From positions 8,939 to 72,938 of the forward strand of contig JAHXGN010000001.1 of NCBI GenBank assembly GCA_019923625.1: a stretch of 64,000 bases of DNA, read 5' to 3'. Both the position numbers and the translations under genes were made by a program. The notes below the pieces were generated by a model. It was not told where the DNA came from and did no database searches. It saw nothing but the letters and a program-made list of their open reading frames with translations. This DNA is from Candidatus Nealsonbacteria bacterium. GTDB taxonomy: Bacteria; Patescibacteriota; Minisyncoccia; Minisyncoccales; RBG-13-42-11. Of this stretch, positions 17,428 to 27,899 are shown in pieces. The first letter of the stretch is position 1. Each line of letters opens with the position of its first letter.

Positions 17428-20400
17428 TTATTTTCTAAAGCCGGTTCCGGCCGGGATAAGACGACCAATGATGACATTTTCTTTCATTCCTAAGAGTTTA
17501 TCTTCTTTTCCCTCTAAAGCCGCTTTGATTAAGACCCGCGATGTCTCTTGAAAAGAAGCAGCTGATAAAAAACTATCAGTAGTTAAAGCCACCTGGGTAA
17601 TTCCCAATAAAAGGGGAATGCCAACAGCTATTTTTTTGTTTTCTTTTTTAAGGACATTGTTTATTTCCTTGAATTTGCTTTTTTCTAAAATTTCACCGGA
17701 GATGAAATTACTATCGCCCGGATTTTTAATCTTGATTCGGGAAAACATTTGTCTGGCTATTATTTCCAAGTGTTTATCGTGAATAGCGACGCCCTGAGAA
17801 ACGTAAATTTTTTGAATTTCTTTTATAATATAATTCTGAGTTTTTTCTTTATTGGTCAGTTTAAATAATTCTTTTAAGTCCAAACTGCCTTCGCAAAGTT
17901 GTTGACCCTTTTCAATATTTTCACCTTGTTTCACCCAGATAGAGAAATTAATTGGAGTTTTGTATTCAATAATTTCCGACTTTAGAGTTTTATTTTTTAT
18001 TTTTATTATTCCCTCTTGAAGAACTTCCAAAACTTTTCCGTCCTCTTTGGATATCTCCGCTTTTCCTTTCGGGATTCTTAGTTCAAAAATTTCCTGAACC
18101 CGAGGCAAACCGGAAGTAATATCCACCCCTCCGGCCACTCCGCCGATATGAAAGGTTTTCATTGTTAATTGGGTTCCCGGCTCCCCGATCGATTGAGCGG
18201 CTAAAACTCCGACGGCTGTTCCCAATTTAACCATTTGATTTGAACCCAAATCCCAGCCATAACATTTTCGGCAAATACCCCTGATTGTTTTACAAGTTAA
18301 AGGAGAACGAACCCTTACTTTTTCCGTTCCTTTTTTAATAATTTCCTCGCCTTTCTCTAAATCAATAATTTCTCCCTTTTTTATAATTCCCCTTATCTCG
18401 TCTAAAATTACCCGACCAATGATTTTTTGAAGAAAATTTTGGCCGATTTCCTCTGCCTCTTTTTTAAAAATCTCAATTCCTTGTTTGTCTCCGCAACTCT
18501 CTTCGCTTACCATTACTTCATGACTAACATCAACCAATCGTCTGGTTAAATAACCGGCTGTTGAGGTCTTTAGGGCCGTATCGGCCACTCCCTTTCTGGC
18601 GCCATGAGTGGAAATAAAATATTCCAAAACACTCAAACCCTCTTTGTAAGAATTTTTAACCGGCAACTCAATGGTTTGACTCATTGGATTAATCACCAAT
18701 CCTTTCATTCCGGTCATTTGAGTTAATTGGGTCAGGGAACCCCTGGCCCCGGCTTCAATAATAGATAAAACAGAACTGTCCCCTGACAGGGTTTGAGGGA
18801 CTAATTTTTCAATTTCTGATTTTGTTCTTTGCCAAACTTCAATCGTCCTGTCTTTCTTTTCTTCCTTGGTCAAAAAACCATCCTTAAAATATGATTCAAT
18901 TTTTTCAATTTCTTTTTCGGCTTCTTCAATGATTTTTGGTTTTTGGGTCGGAATAATTAAATCGTCCATGCCAAAAGAAACTCCTGAAAGCGTTGAATAT
19001 TCAAACCCCAAATCTTTAATTTTATCTAAGGTTTTTTCAACTTTTTCCAAGGGATAATCTTTAATAATTCCCGAAACTATTCTTTCCAAATCTTTGGTTT
19101 TTATGGTCGTATTTTGGAAAGGAAAACCCTCGGGCAGAATCTGATTAAAAATAATCCGGCCGACGCTTGTCTCAAGAAAGTTAGTAGTCATTCTGATTTT
19201 AATTTTGGCTCTTAAATCAATTTGACCATGTTCATAAGCCAATAGGGCTTCTTCGAAATTTCCAAAAAATTTTTCGGAGGGCGAAGAGACTTCGGACCGG
19301 TCGCCGGTTTCAGTAAATTCAAACTTGATGACATAATTTTTCTGGATTCTTCTTGGGCTTCTTCGGAAAGAGGAAGGTAAACCGCCATCTGATCACCGTC
19401 AAAATCGGCATTATAAGCCTTACAAAACAAAGGATGAAGTTTTATTGCTTGGCCTTCAATTAAACGCGGTTCAAAGGACTGAATCCCCAATCGATGAAGG
19501 GTGGGAGCCCTATTTAATAAAACAAGTTTGTCTTTTACCACCTCTTCCAACGATTGCCAAACCACCTCTTGTTCTTCTTCAATTAACTTGGTAGCCGCCC
19601 TAACATTAAAAGCCAGTTCTTTTTCCAGAAGTTTTCTGATAATAAAGGGTTTAAATAACTCTAAAGCCATTTTTTTAGGAATGCCGCATTCATGAAGTTT
19701 TAACTCCGGACCGACAACAATAACGCTTCGACCGGAATAATCAACCCTTTTTCCCAAAAGATTTTGTCTGAATCTGCCCTGTTTTCCTTTAAGCATATCG
19801 GCTAAAGATTTTAAAGGCCGTTTTCCGCCGGTTGTCGCCTGAGTAGTCACTCTTTTTCTCATCGGATTGTCAATTAAAGAATCAACTGCTTCTTGAAGCA
19901 TTCTTTTTTCATTTCGAACTATTACTTCGGGAGCCCCTATTTCTAAAAGATATTTTAAGCGATTGTTTCGATTAATAACCCTTCGGTAAAGGTCGTTCAG
20001 GTCAGAAGAAGCATATCGACCGCCGTCTAACTGAACCATCGGTCTTAAATCCGGAGGTAAAACCGGCAAAACAGTTAAAAACATCCATTCCGGACTAATT
20101 CCTTTTTCCTCCATTCCTTTAAAAAATCTTAATCTTATTAAAATTTTTCTTTTTGTTTCCGGTGTTTTTGTTTCTTCCAGAACTTTTTTTAATTTTTCAA
20201 TTTCTTTTTTAAGATTAATATTTTCAAAAATTTTCCTTAGGGTCTCCGAGCCAGTACCGGCTTCAAAAACTTCGCCGTATTTTAAAGATAAGTCTTGATA
20301 CTCCATCTCAGATAAAACCTTCAGGGGTTTAATTGACAACACCTCCTCGAACGCCCTATCCCTCGCCGACTTTAATTCTCCCAGCTTTGGTTTTTTAAGT

Positions 20401-20834
20401 TTTAAGTTTTTAGTTTTAGTTTTGCGCTTTGAGCTTTGCTCTTTGAGCTTTAATTTGTATTCTTTCTCAATTTTTTCCAAAATTTTCTTTTTCGCCTCCC
20501 CAGAGACCCTGGTAATAATGTAAGCCGTAAAATAAATTACTCTGGCTAATTTGATATGACCCATTCTTTCCCGCCTAACTTGAGATTTCGTTACTTCCAC
20601 CCCGCAACGGTCACAAACCACTCCTTTATAGCGGATTCTTTTGTATTTACCGCAATAACACTCGTAATCCTTTTCCGGTCCAAAAATTTTTTCACAAAAA
20701 AGACCGTCTTTCTCGGATTTCTGGGTTCTATAATTTATTGTTTCTGATTTTGTCACCTCACCGCGGCTCCAGCTTAAAATATCTTCTGGTGAAGCTAATT
20801 TTATTCTTATGGTTTTTAAATCTTCTACTCTCAT
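17428..20834 (-). CDS. rpoC: RNA polymerase beta' subunit, broken into two ORFs (19212-20834 and 17428-19242) by a deletion/frameshift near 19295
   Basis: [65 protein letters not shown]. Confidence 0.95.
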
Positions 20835-20840
20835 AAATGA

Positions 20841-20955
20841 AAATTTCTAATTTCTAATTTCTAATCAAATCCTAATGACTAATGACAAAATGACTAAAAA
20901 AATAATTAGGCATTGGACATTGATTAGACATTAGGTCAATTAGGAATTAGACATT
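20841..20955. repeat. Family C repeat filling the rpoB-rpoC spacer
   Basis: Near-identical to 13404-13520. Confidence 0.88.
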
Positions 20956-23900
20956 TAAGAGCTTTGCTCTTTTGGTTTCTCTTTGACTTCTACATTCAAT
21001 CCCAGTGATTTTAATTCTGAAACCAATAAATTAAAAGAGGAAGGAACATTGGGGGTTTTTATTTTTTCTCCTTTTAGAATTGCTTCATAAGTTGCCGCCC
21101 GGCCCAAAACATCATCTGATTTGATGGTTAACATTTCTTGTAGGGTATGAGCTGCGCCATAACCCTCTAAAGCCCAGACCTCCATTTCACCGAAACGTTG
21201 ACCGCCAAATTGAGCCTTACCTCCCAAGGGCTGCTGAGTAATTAAAGAATAGGGACCAATTGACCTCATATGAATTTTGTCATCAACCATATGAATAAGT
21301 TTCATTAAAAACATATAGCCAACCGTTACCTTTTCCGAAAAGGGAAGACCTGTCCAGCCATCATATAAAGTAACTTTACCGTTTTGGGGCAAACCGGCTC
21401 GAATAAGCTCTTTTTTAATATCGGATTCTTCTGCCCCATTAAGGCTAGGGGAAATGGCAATATAATCCATTTTTTTGGCTGCCCAACCCAAATGGGTTTC
21501 TAAAATTTGACCGATGTTCATTCTGGAAATAACGCCCATTGGATTTAAAATAATATCAACCGGAGTGCCATCTTCTAAAAAAGGCATTTCTTCTTCTGGT
21601 AGAATTTTAGAAATAACCCCTTTGTTGCCATGCCGACCGATTAATTTATCTCCTGCTTTAATTTTTCTGATTTCAGCCACCTCCACCTCTATTTTTTTTA
21701 TTATGCCGGGTTCTAATTTATGACCGAGTTCCCGGGAAAAAATTTTTACTCCGACCACTCTCCCCTTTTTCCCATGTTCCATTTTTAAAGAAGTGTCTTT
21801 TACTTCCCTGGTTTTTTCGCCAAAAATAGCCCGAAGTAATCTTTCTTCGGATGTTAAGTCGCTTTCTCCTTTGGGAGAAATTTTACCAGCCAAAATATCA
21901 TTATCTTTAACTTCCGCTCCAATTCTGATAATTCCTTCTTCGTCTAAGTCCTTTAATTTTTCTTCGGAAACATTGGGAATATCGGCTGTGGTAATTTCTG
22001 GTCCCAATTTTGTTTCTCTGATATCACAGGTAAAATTTTCAATATGAATTGAAGTGAAAACATCTTCTTTAACCAATTTTTCAGAAATTAAAATTGCATC
22101 TTCAAAACCGCCTCCCCGCCAGGGCATAAAAGCGACTAAAATGTTTTTGCCCAAAGCCAATTTCCCGTTTTTAATAGCCGCTCCATCGGTTAAAATATCG
22201 CCTTTTTTGATTTTTTGACCTTTTTCAACTATGGGCTTCTGGTGAAAACAAGTATATTGATTGGTTTTGATAAAGGTCTTTAAATTATAGGTTTTTGGTT
22301 TTTGGTTTTTGATTTCTGATTTTACAACAATATGAGCGGCATCAACTTCTTGAACCAAACCATCTTCCTCGGCAATTATTATTTGACCCGAATCTCTCGC
22401 TATTGTTTCTTCCACTCCGGTAGCCACTAAAGGTTCCTCCGGTTTGATTAAAGGAATGGCCTGTCTTTGAGTATTGGAACCCACTAGGGCTCTATTAGCA
22501 TTATTGTTTTGTAAAAAAGGAATAAGGGAAGTAGAAATAGAAATGGATTGCTCAGAAGAGACATCAATAAAATCAATTTTATTTTTTTCAATCAAACCCG
22601 GCTCCCCTTTTATTCTGGCCTCAACTTTATCGGCAATTATATTTCCTTTTTCGTCGGTCAATACTCCACCAGAAGCAATATTGTATTTTTCTTCTTCATA
22701 AGCGTTAAAATAATGAACTTCTTGAGTAACCCGGCCATCTTTAACTTTAAAATAAGGTGTTTCAATAAAACCGTAAGGATTAACCTTGGCAAAAGAAGCC
22801 AAATAGCCAACTAAACCAATATTCGGGCCCTCCGGAGTTTGAATGGGACAAATTCGGCCATAGTGAGACGGCTGGACGTCCCTTACTTCAAATCCAGCTC
22901 TTTCTCTGACTAAACCTCCTGGTCCAGTAGATGATAACCTTCTTTTATGTTCTAATTCAGCCAAAGGGTTTTCATTGTCCATAAATTGGGCAACTTGAGA
23001 AGAAGTGAAAAACCCTTTAATTATCATCATAATCGGCCGAGGGTTGAATAATTGGGATGGAGTTAAGTTTAAAATATCAAGGGTTGACATTCTGTCTTTG
23101 ACAGCTCTTTCTATTCTCATAAAACCAACCCTTAATCTGTTTATTAATAATTCATTTAAAAGTCGGACTCGGCGATTTCCCAAATGGTCAATCTGGTCCG
23201 GCTTCCCCTCAGGGTCATTGTTTAATTTAATAATTTGGCGCATTACCGCCACAATATCTTCTGGCTTCAAAACCCTATCTTTCGTTGTGATTTCTTCGTC
23301 GTTATTTTTGATTTTTGCCTGGCCTGTTGGACCGGCCCTCAACTTAAGAGTGGGATCCTTTGAGGATTTTTGACCCCGCACCAGCCCCACTCCTTTGGAA
23401 AAGGGCGAGGTAATACCGGGCAAGTTTTTGATTTCAACGTCAAGACGTTGTCCCATCCGCCACCTCCCTACTTTTGACAAATCATATCTGTTAAAATTAA
23501 AAAACATATTTTCAATTAATTCTCGGGCCGTATCAGGTGTAGCCAAGTCCCCGGGCCTTAGTCGGTCGTAAATTTCAATCAGGGCTTCTGATTGATTGTG
23601 GGTAATATCGCGGGAAAACGTTTCTTCAAGATATTTTATTTCCGGGTCAATATCAACATCCTGAAAAATTTCTTTCATTGATTTTTCTTCTATTCCAAAA
23701 GCCCGTAAAAGAGTGGTGGCTGGAATTTTTCTTTTTCTGTCAATTTTAACTCCGATAAAGCCCGAGCCATCGGTTTCAAATTCCAGCCAGGCGCCCCGAT
23801 TGGGAATTATTTTTGCTCCGAAATAATTTTTTCCCAAAACATTTTCAGCCGTAAAAAAAACGCCCGGAGAGCGAATTAGTTGAGAAAATACCACTCTTTC

Positions 23901-24263
23901 CACTCCATTAACAATAAAAGTTCCCCTTTCAGTCATTAAGGGGAAATCGGTAAAAAAAACTTCTTGTTCTTTAATTTCTTTAGTTTTCAGATTAATTAAT
24001 CTGGTTTTTACCCTCAGGTTAACCTCATAAGAGTCGCTGTTTTGTTTTGCCTCCAAATCGGTTTTATATTTTGGCTCGTCTAATTTATAATCTAAAAACC
24101 AGAGTTCCAATTCTTTTCCGCTATAATCTCTAATTGGCGAGATTTCCGAAAAAAGTTCTTTTAAATCCTCTTGCCAAAATTTCTGCCAGCATTCTTTTTG
24201 AAGAATTAACAAATGAGAAAGGGGAAAAGAAATTTTTGACTTGCTGAAGTTTTTAATTTTCAT
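20955..24263 (-). CDS. rpoB: RNA polymerase beta subunit
   Basis: GTFIVNGVERV, HYGRICPIQTPEGPNIG, GRHGNKG, GGQRFGEMEVWALE. Confidence 0.98.
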   Translation of the reverse strand: MKIKNFSKSKISFPLSHLLILQKECWQKFWQEDLKELFSEISPIRDYSGKELELWFLDYKLDEPKYKTDLEAKQNSDSYEVNLRVKTRLINLKTKEIKEQEVFFTDFPLMTERGTFIVNGVERVVFSQLIRSPGVFFTAENVLGKNYFGAKIIPNRGAWLEFETDGSGFIGVKIDRKRKIPATTLLRAFGIEEKSMKEIFQDVDIDPEIKYLEETFSRDITHNQSEALIEIYDRLRPGDLATPDTARELIENMFFNFNRYDLSKVGRWRMGQRLDVEIKNLPGITSPFSKGVGLVRGQKSSKDPTLKLRAGPTGQAKIKNNDEEITTKDRVLKPEDIVAVMRQIIKLNNDPEGKPDQIDHLGNRRVRLLNELLINRLRVGFMRIERAVKDRMSTLDILNLTPSQLFNPRPIMMIIKGFFTSSQVAQFMDNENPLAELEHKRRLSSTGPGGLVRERAGFEVRDVQPSHYGRICPIQTPEGPNIGLVGYLASFAKVNPYGFIETPYFKVKDGRVTQEVHYFNAYEEEKYNIASGGVLTDEKGNIIADKVEARIKGEPGLIEKNKIDFIDVSSEQSISISTSLIPFLQNNNANRALVGSNTQRQAIPLIKPEEPLVATGVEETIARDSGQIIIAEEDGLVQEVDAAHIVVKSEIKNQKPKTYNLKTFIKTNQYTCFHQKPIVEKGQKIKKGDILTDGAAIKNGKLALGKNILVAFMPWRGGGFEDAILISEKLVKEDVFTSIHIENFTCDIRETKLGPEITTADIPNVSEEKLKDLDEEGIIRIGAEVKDNDILAGKISPKGESDLTSEERLLRAIFGEKTREVKDTSLKMEHGKKGRVVGVKIFSRELGHKLEPGIIKKIEVEVAEIRKIKAGDKLIGRHGNKGVISKILPEEEMPFLEDGTPVDIILNPMGVISRMNIGQILETHLGWAAKKMDYIAISPSLNGAEESDIKKELIRAGLPQNGKVTLYDGWTGLPFSEKVTVGYMFLMKLIHMVDDKIHMRSIGPYSLITQQPLGGKAQFGGQRFGEMEVWALEGYGAAHTLQEMLTIKSDDVLGRAATYEAILKGEKIKTPNVPSSFNLLVSELKSLGLNVEVKEKPKEQSS

Positions 24264-24369
24264 AAAACTACAAAAAACCCTAAATTGAGCAGTTTTTAGG
24301 GCACAAATCCGATTATTAATTTTAAAAAAGGGTTATTCTCAAGACAAAATTTCTAATGGGGTGAATTTG

Positions 24370-24392
24370 TTAGTTTTTTGGAGTTGTCCCGG
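24370..24392 (-). other. 3' arm of the 16S precursor processing stem
   Basis: TTAGTTTTTTGGAGTTGTCCCG is the inverted partner of CGGGACAACTCAAAAAACTAA at about 28060-28082. Confidence 0.75.
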
Positions 24393-24493
24393 ATCTCGTT
24401 TTAAGGTGATAAGATCAACACCCTAAGGTTAGTTTGAGAATTCTCGCAAACCAACAATAATCCACGGACAGGTTCCCCTACCCGTGCCTTGTT

Positions 24494-24682
24494 CATGTTT
24501 TTCCCTATATCGCTATAGAGCATGGACTATATCATCATCCTCTGAATGTTCCATCGTGTAATGCTCCAAGAAGATAAGATTTAATTCGAAGAGAATTTTG
24601 TTCTCTTCTCAATACTTTGTTTTTACTTCGTAATTTTCTTTTAGGATTACTCCTAAAAGGTCGCAACAAGTAGTTTACATCT
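24494..24682 (-). mobile_element. Degenerate group I intron at about S1498 (E. coli numbering)
   Basis: Splits AAGTCGT|AACAAGG; IGS TTGTTGCGAC, S element GATATAGTCC, terminal G; P, Q and R elements not seen. Confidence 0.8.
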
Positions 24683-24715
24683 ACGACTTACGCCTTCTCA
24701 CTGAGCTCAGCTTAA

Positions 24716-24770
24716 CCCCGCCCTCTAAACTCTATAACTTCATTTAATAAATAAAGCGCAGAGGGCGAGG
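24716..24770. repeat. Family H helix element at the helix 44 tip
   Basis: CCCCGCCCTCTAAAC...GCGCAGAGGGCGAGG. Confidence 0.85.
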
Positions 24771-24986
24771 TTTCGGCTATTCTCCACCGTGACGTGGCTG
24801 ATTCACGGTTACTAGCGATTCCGGCTTCATGAGGTCAGGTTGCAGACCTCAATCCGAACTAAGGTAGCTTTTGATGAGATTAGCTCCGGCTTACGCCTTG
24901 GCAACTCTTTGTAACTACCATTGTATCATGTGTGCAGCCCAGGGCATCAAAGGGTCACGCTGATCTGGCGTCATCCCCACCTTCCT

Positions 24987-25048
24987 CCCCGCCCTCTAGG
25001 CTCTATAACTTCAATTTAAAATAAATACATAAAGCATAGAGGGCGAGG
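24987..25048. repeat. Family H helix element in helix 40
   Basis: CCCCGCCCTCTAGGC...GCATAGAGGGCGAGG between CACCTTCCT and CAGTCTCCC. Confidence 0.88.
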
Positions 25049-25220
25049 CAGTCTCCCGCGACACTTGTAACGCGGGATAGGGGTTGCGCAGGTTTCCCCA
25101 TTTAAGGAAGCACCTCAAGGCACCTGCTGACGACCATATTTCTCCATAATTACTTATGGTATGGACTATACCATTTCCCGTATTTAGTACGGGACCAGCG
25201 TTTAATGATGGGTTGTACCA

Positions 25221-25868
25221 TCATTTAACTCTCTTAACCCTAGCAAGAGTTAAGTCTCTACGGGGTACGAGTACTAATTTTTGTAACTTCACTGAATAGG
25301 GTAAAATACTTTCCAAAAATTTTTTCACCTCATAACGAGAAATATAAAGACAAAATGTTTTCGCAGTTTTGTAGTAATAAACTCTTACATTACTAATGCC
25401 AATTCTTTTAAGAAGCTCTTTATCTTTCTCAGCTTCACCTTCTCTCCCATAAACAATCCGACAATCATTCCGTAAGTTTTTATCAATTGAACCATCTCCA
25501 TCGAATCTGCCAGCGAAATAGGCTTTTATTATATTCTCTTTCTCTTTCTTTAAACTTTCTAAATTAGCTTTAGCTCTTCTAAATTCTCTCAATAATGGAC
25601 GACTATTTACGAATAAATGGTTCCGGTTAAACTTTATTCTGTTTTTTGGAAAAATTCTTTTCAAAAATTTTCTAAACATTTCAATTAAATCAGGGTTGGT
25701 ATTACTTAATCCTACTGAACTTGCCCACCAATAACTGTCAGCGCACCAAAGACCGAGAATATAAGCGTCTTTCTCGTTTGAGAAGAAATTACAAAAATTA
25801 GTACTCGCACTTCCCACGGTGTTGCCCACCCCGCCCCCTAAGCTGTTTTTCAAGTTTTTTATTTCCAT
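25221..25868 (-). CDS. Intron-encoded LAGLIDADG homing endonuclease (two motifs)
   Basis: AYILGLWCADSY and AYFAGRFDGDGSI; first ATG at 25868. Confidence 0.88.
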   Translation of the reverse strand: MEIKNLKNSLGGGVGNTVGSASTNFCNFFSNEKDAYILGLWCADSYWWASSVGLSNTNPDLIEMFRKFLKRIFPKNRIKFNRNHLFVNSRPLLREFRRAKANLESLKKEKENIIKAYFAGRFDGDGSIDKNLRNDCRIVYGREGEAEKDKELLKRIGISNVRVYYYKTAKTFCLYISRYEVKKFLESILPYSVKLQKLVLVPRRDLTLARVKRVK

Positions 25869-25927
25869 AATATATTCTTCTATTTTATCAAGAATATAAC
25901 CAATATTAAACAGCACAGGGGGCGGGG
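25829..25927. repeat. Family H helix element in intron P5
   Basis: CCCCGCCCCCTAAGCTG...CAGCACAGGGGGCGGGG. Confidence 0.85.
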
Positions 25928-25986
25928 CTCGGGTTTCACCGTTATGAGCTGGTTTTTCATCGTGGATTACTCCACGAGGGGTCGTA

Positions 25987-26086
25987 TCCCGCCCTCTAAG
26001 CCCGTCGAATTTTTATTTAGCGAATAATAAGATTTAATTTCTAATTGATTTCGCTTACTATTATTCTACGAGCATAGAGGGCGGGA
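25987..26086. repeat. Family H helix element extending intron P1
   Basis: TCCCGCCCTCTAAGC...GCATAGAGGGCGGGA. Confidence 0.85.
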
Positions 26087-26230
26087 CCAACCATGCAGCA
26101 CCTGTTCCACTATCCTTGTGGGTAGTTCCATTTTTCAACGGAATTTTAGTGGAATGTCAAGCCCTGGTAAGGTTCCTCGCTTGTTATCGAATTAAGCCAC
26201 ATGATCCACCGCTTGTGTGAGTCCCCGTCT

Positions 26231-26262
<32 letters not shown>

Positions 26263-26362
26263 TCCCAGGCGGGACACTTAACGCGTTAGCTTCGCCACTT
26301 GAAGGGTCGACACTTCAAATAGCTAGTGTCCATCGTTTACAGCGTGGACTACAAAGGTATCT

Positions 26363-26945
26363 CACTTTTGTTACTTTCCTCCGTAAGCGGAGGAGGGATA
26401 GAGCATTTCTGTCTATCTCTCTACGTCGCCGTAGAGGTCGGACTATATCTTTATCTCAATTGAATTGACAACTGCTCTATAAAATCCATCTGTAATTATG
26501 CCAATTCTTATCCGTTCTTTATCCAGTCCAAATATATTCACCATACAATCTCGAAATAGTTGAATGAGAATTTCTGACGAGTTCGAAAAATAAATCCTCC
26601 AACTATTTTTCTTTTTAGGAGAAACACACCCATCAGTAAATAATATTGCCAATAGAGAAGCAAGGTCTTTACTTATCTGTTTTGAGATATCTGGCATATA
26701 GTCTCTGAGGATCCCGAACACATGATGCTTTATGTGCTGCGGTTTCCTGCTGATTGTCTGCACTAGTAGCTTTGTCACTTAAAGAGATAATTAATATAAT
26801 AATTATAACATATAAGTAGCTCTAGATACACAGGTTTTCCAGCATATAGCCAGATTATTTCTTCCTCCAAGACAAGGAAGGGATCCAAAAACTTCGAGAA
26901 TCAAACCGCGGTATGCGATGTCTTTTATTCTCGAGTATCCTCTTG
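26363..26945 (-). mobile_element. Group I intron at about S788/789
   Basis: Splits GGATT|AGATACC; P ATGCTGGAAA, Q AATCAGCAGG, R TCAGAGACTATA, S AAGATATAGTCC, terminal G. Confidence 0.93.
26443..26778 (-). pseudogene. Truncated LAGLIDADG endonuclease in intron P8
   Basis: LASLLAILFTDGCVS...IYFSNSSEILIQLF, then ends abruptly at the P8/P7 boundary. Confidence 0.75.
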
Positions 26946-27256
26946 AATCCTTTTTACTCCCCACGCTTTCGTCTCTCAGCGTCAGATCCGTTCCAGCTGA
27001 TTGCCTTCGCTTTTGGGGTTCCAGTCGATATCAACGGATTTCACCCCTACACCGACCATTCCATCAGCCCCTAACGGCCTCTAGTTAAGTAGTTTCTAGG
27101 GCACTCTTCAGGTTAAGCCCGAAGTTTTTAACCCTAGACTTACCAAACCGCCTACAGACTCTTTACGCCCAATAAATCCGGATAACGCTTGGGGGCTCTG
27201 TATTACCGCTGCTGCTGGCACAGAGTTAGCACCCCCTTATTCCTGGAATAATGTCA

Positions 27257-27354
27257 CCCCGCCCCCTAGGCTCATCACCAAAGCTATCTAATTCACCACG
27301 TTAAAAAAAGATAATGAAACTAGATAAACTTAGTCACGAGCATAGGGGGCAGGG
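27257..27354. repeat. Family H helix element in helix 17 (V3)
   Basis: CCCCGCCCCCTAGGCTC...GAGCATAGGGGGCAGGG. Confidence 0.88.
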
Positions 27355-27743
27355 TTCTTCCTCCAGAAAAGCTCTTTACACCCCGAAGGGTTTCTTCAAG
27401 CACGCGGCGTCGCTGGTTCAGGCTTTCGCCCATTGACCAATATTCTCGGCTGCTGCCTCCCGTAGGAGTGGGGCCCGTGCGGTCATGTTCTCACACCGCC
27501 TACCCGTCATCGCCTTGGTGAGCCATTACCTCACCAACTAGCTGATAAGCCGCAGACCCATCCCTAAGCAGTTCTTGCGAACCTTTTACCAGGAACCGAT
27601 TTATATCTGTAAGAACTGCTCGGAATTTCCATACTTACAAACACAAATCGGTTCCCGGATCATTGGGTATTAGCTTGTCTTTCGACAAATTATTCCCATC
27701 TCAGGGGTTGGTTATCTACGTGTTACTAACCCGTTCGCCATTA

Positions 27744-27899
27744 GCCAATGCTCCGCATTGGCACGCTGATTTACGCGGATTAGGGCTCGCTTCGCTCGCA
27801 ACGCGGATTTACGCGGAAAAATTATCCGCGTTTATCCGCGTCCGGTTGCAAAGCAACCGCCAATCTACGTTTATCCGCGTGTCAGTGCGAAGCACTGAC
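27744..27899. repeat. Insertion in 16S helix 6 (V1) built from 9-mer repeats and hairpins
   Basis: ACGCGGATT / TATCCGCGT repeats plus hairpins GCCAATGC..GCATTGGC and GTCAGTGC-GAA-GCACTGAC. Confidence 0.8.

Larger units (their letters stand above)
25135..26088 (-). mobile_element. Group I intron at about S1060 with LAGLIDADG homing endonuclease
   Basis: Splits GCATGGTT|GTCGTCAGC; P AACGGTGAAAC, Q AACACCGTGGGAAG, R CGTAGAGACT, S GGTATAGTCC, terminal G. Confidence 0.92.

Noticed and set aside
17428-20834. Natural rpoC1/rpoC2-type split or programmed frameshift
   Set aside because: Conserved residues are missing at the break and a second deletion occurs upstream; an assembly lesion is more parsimonious.
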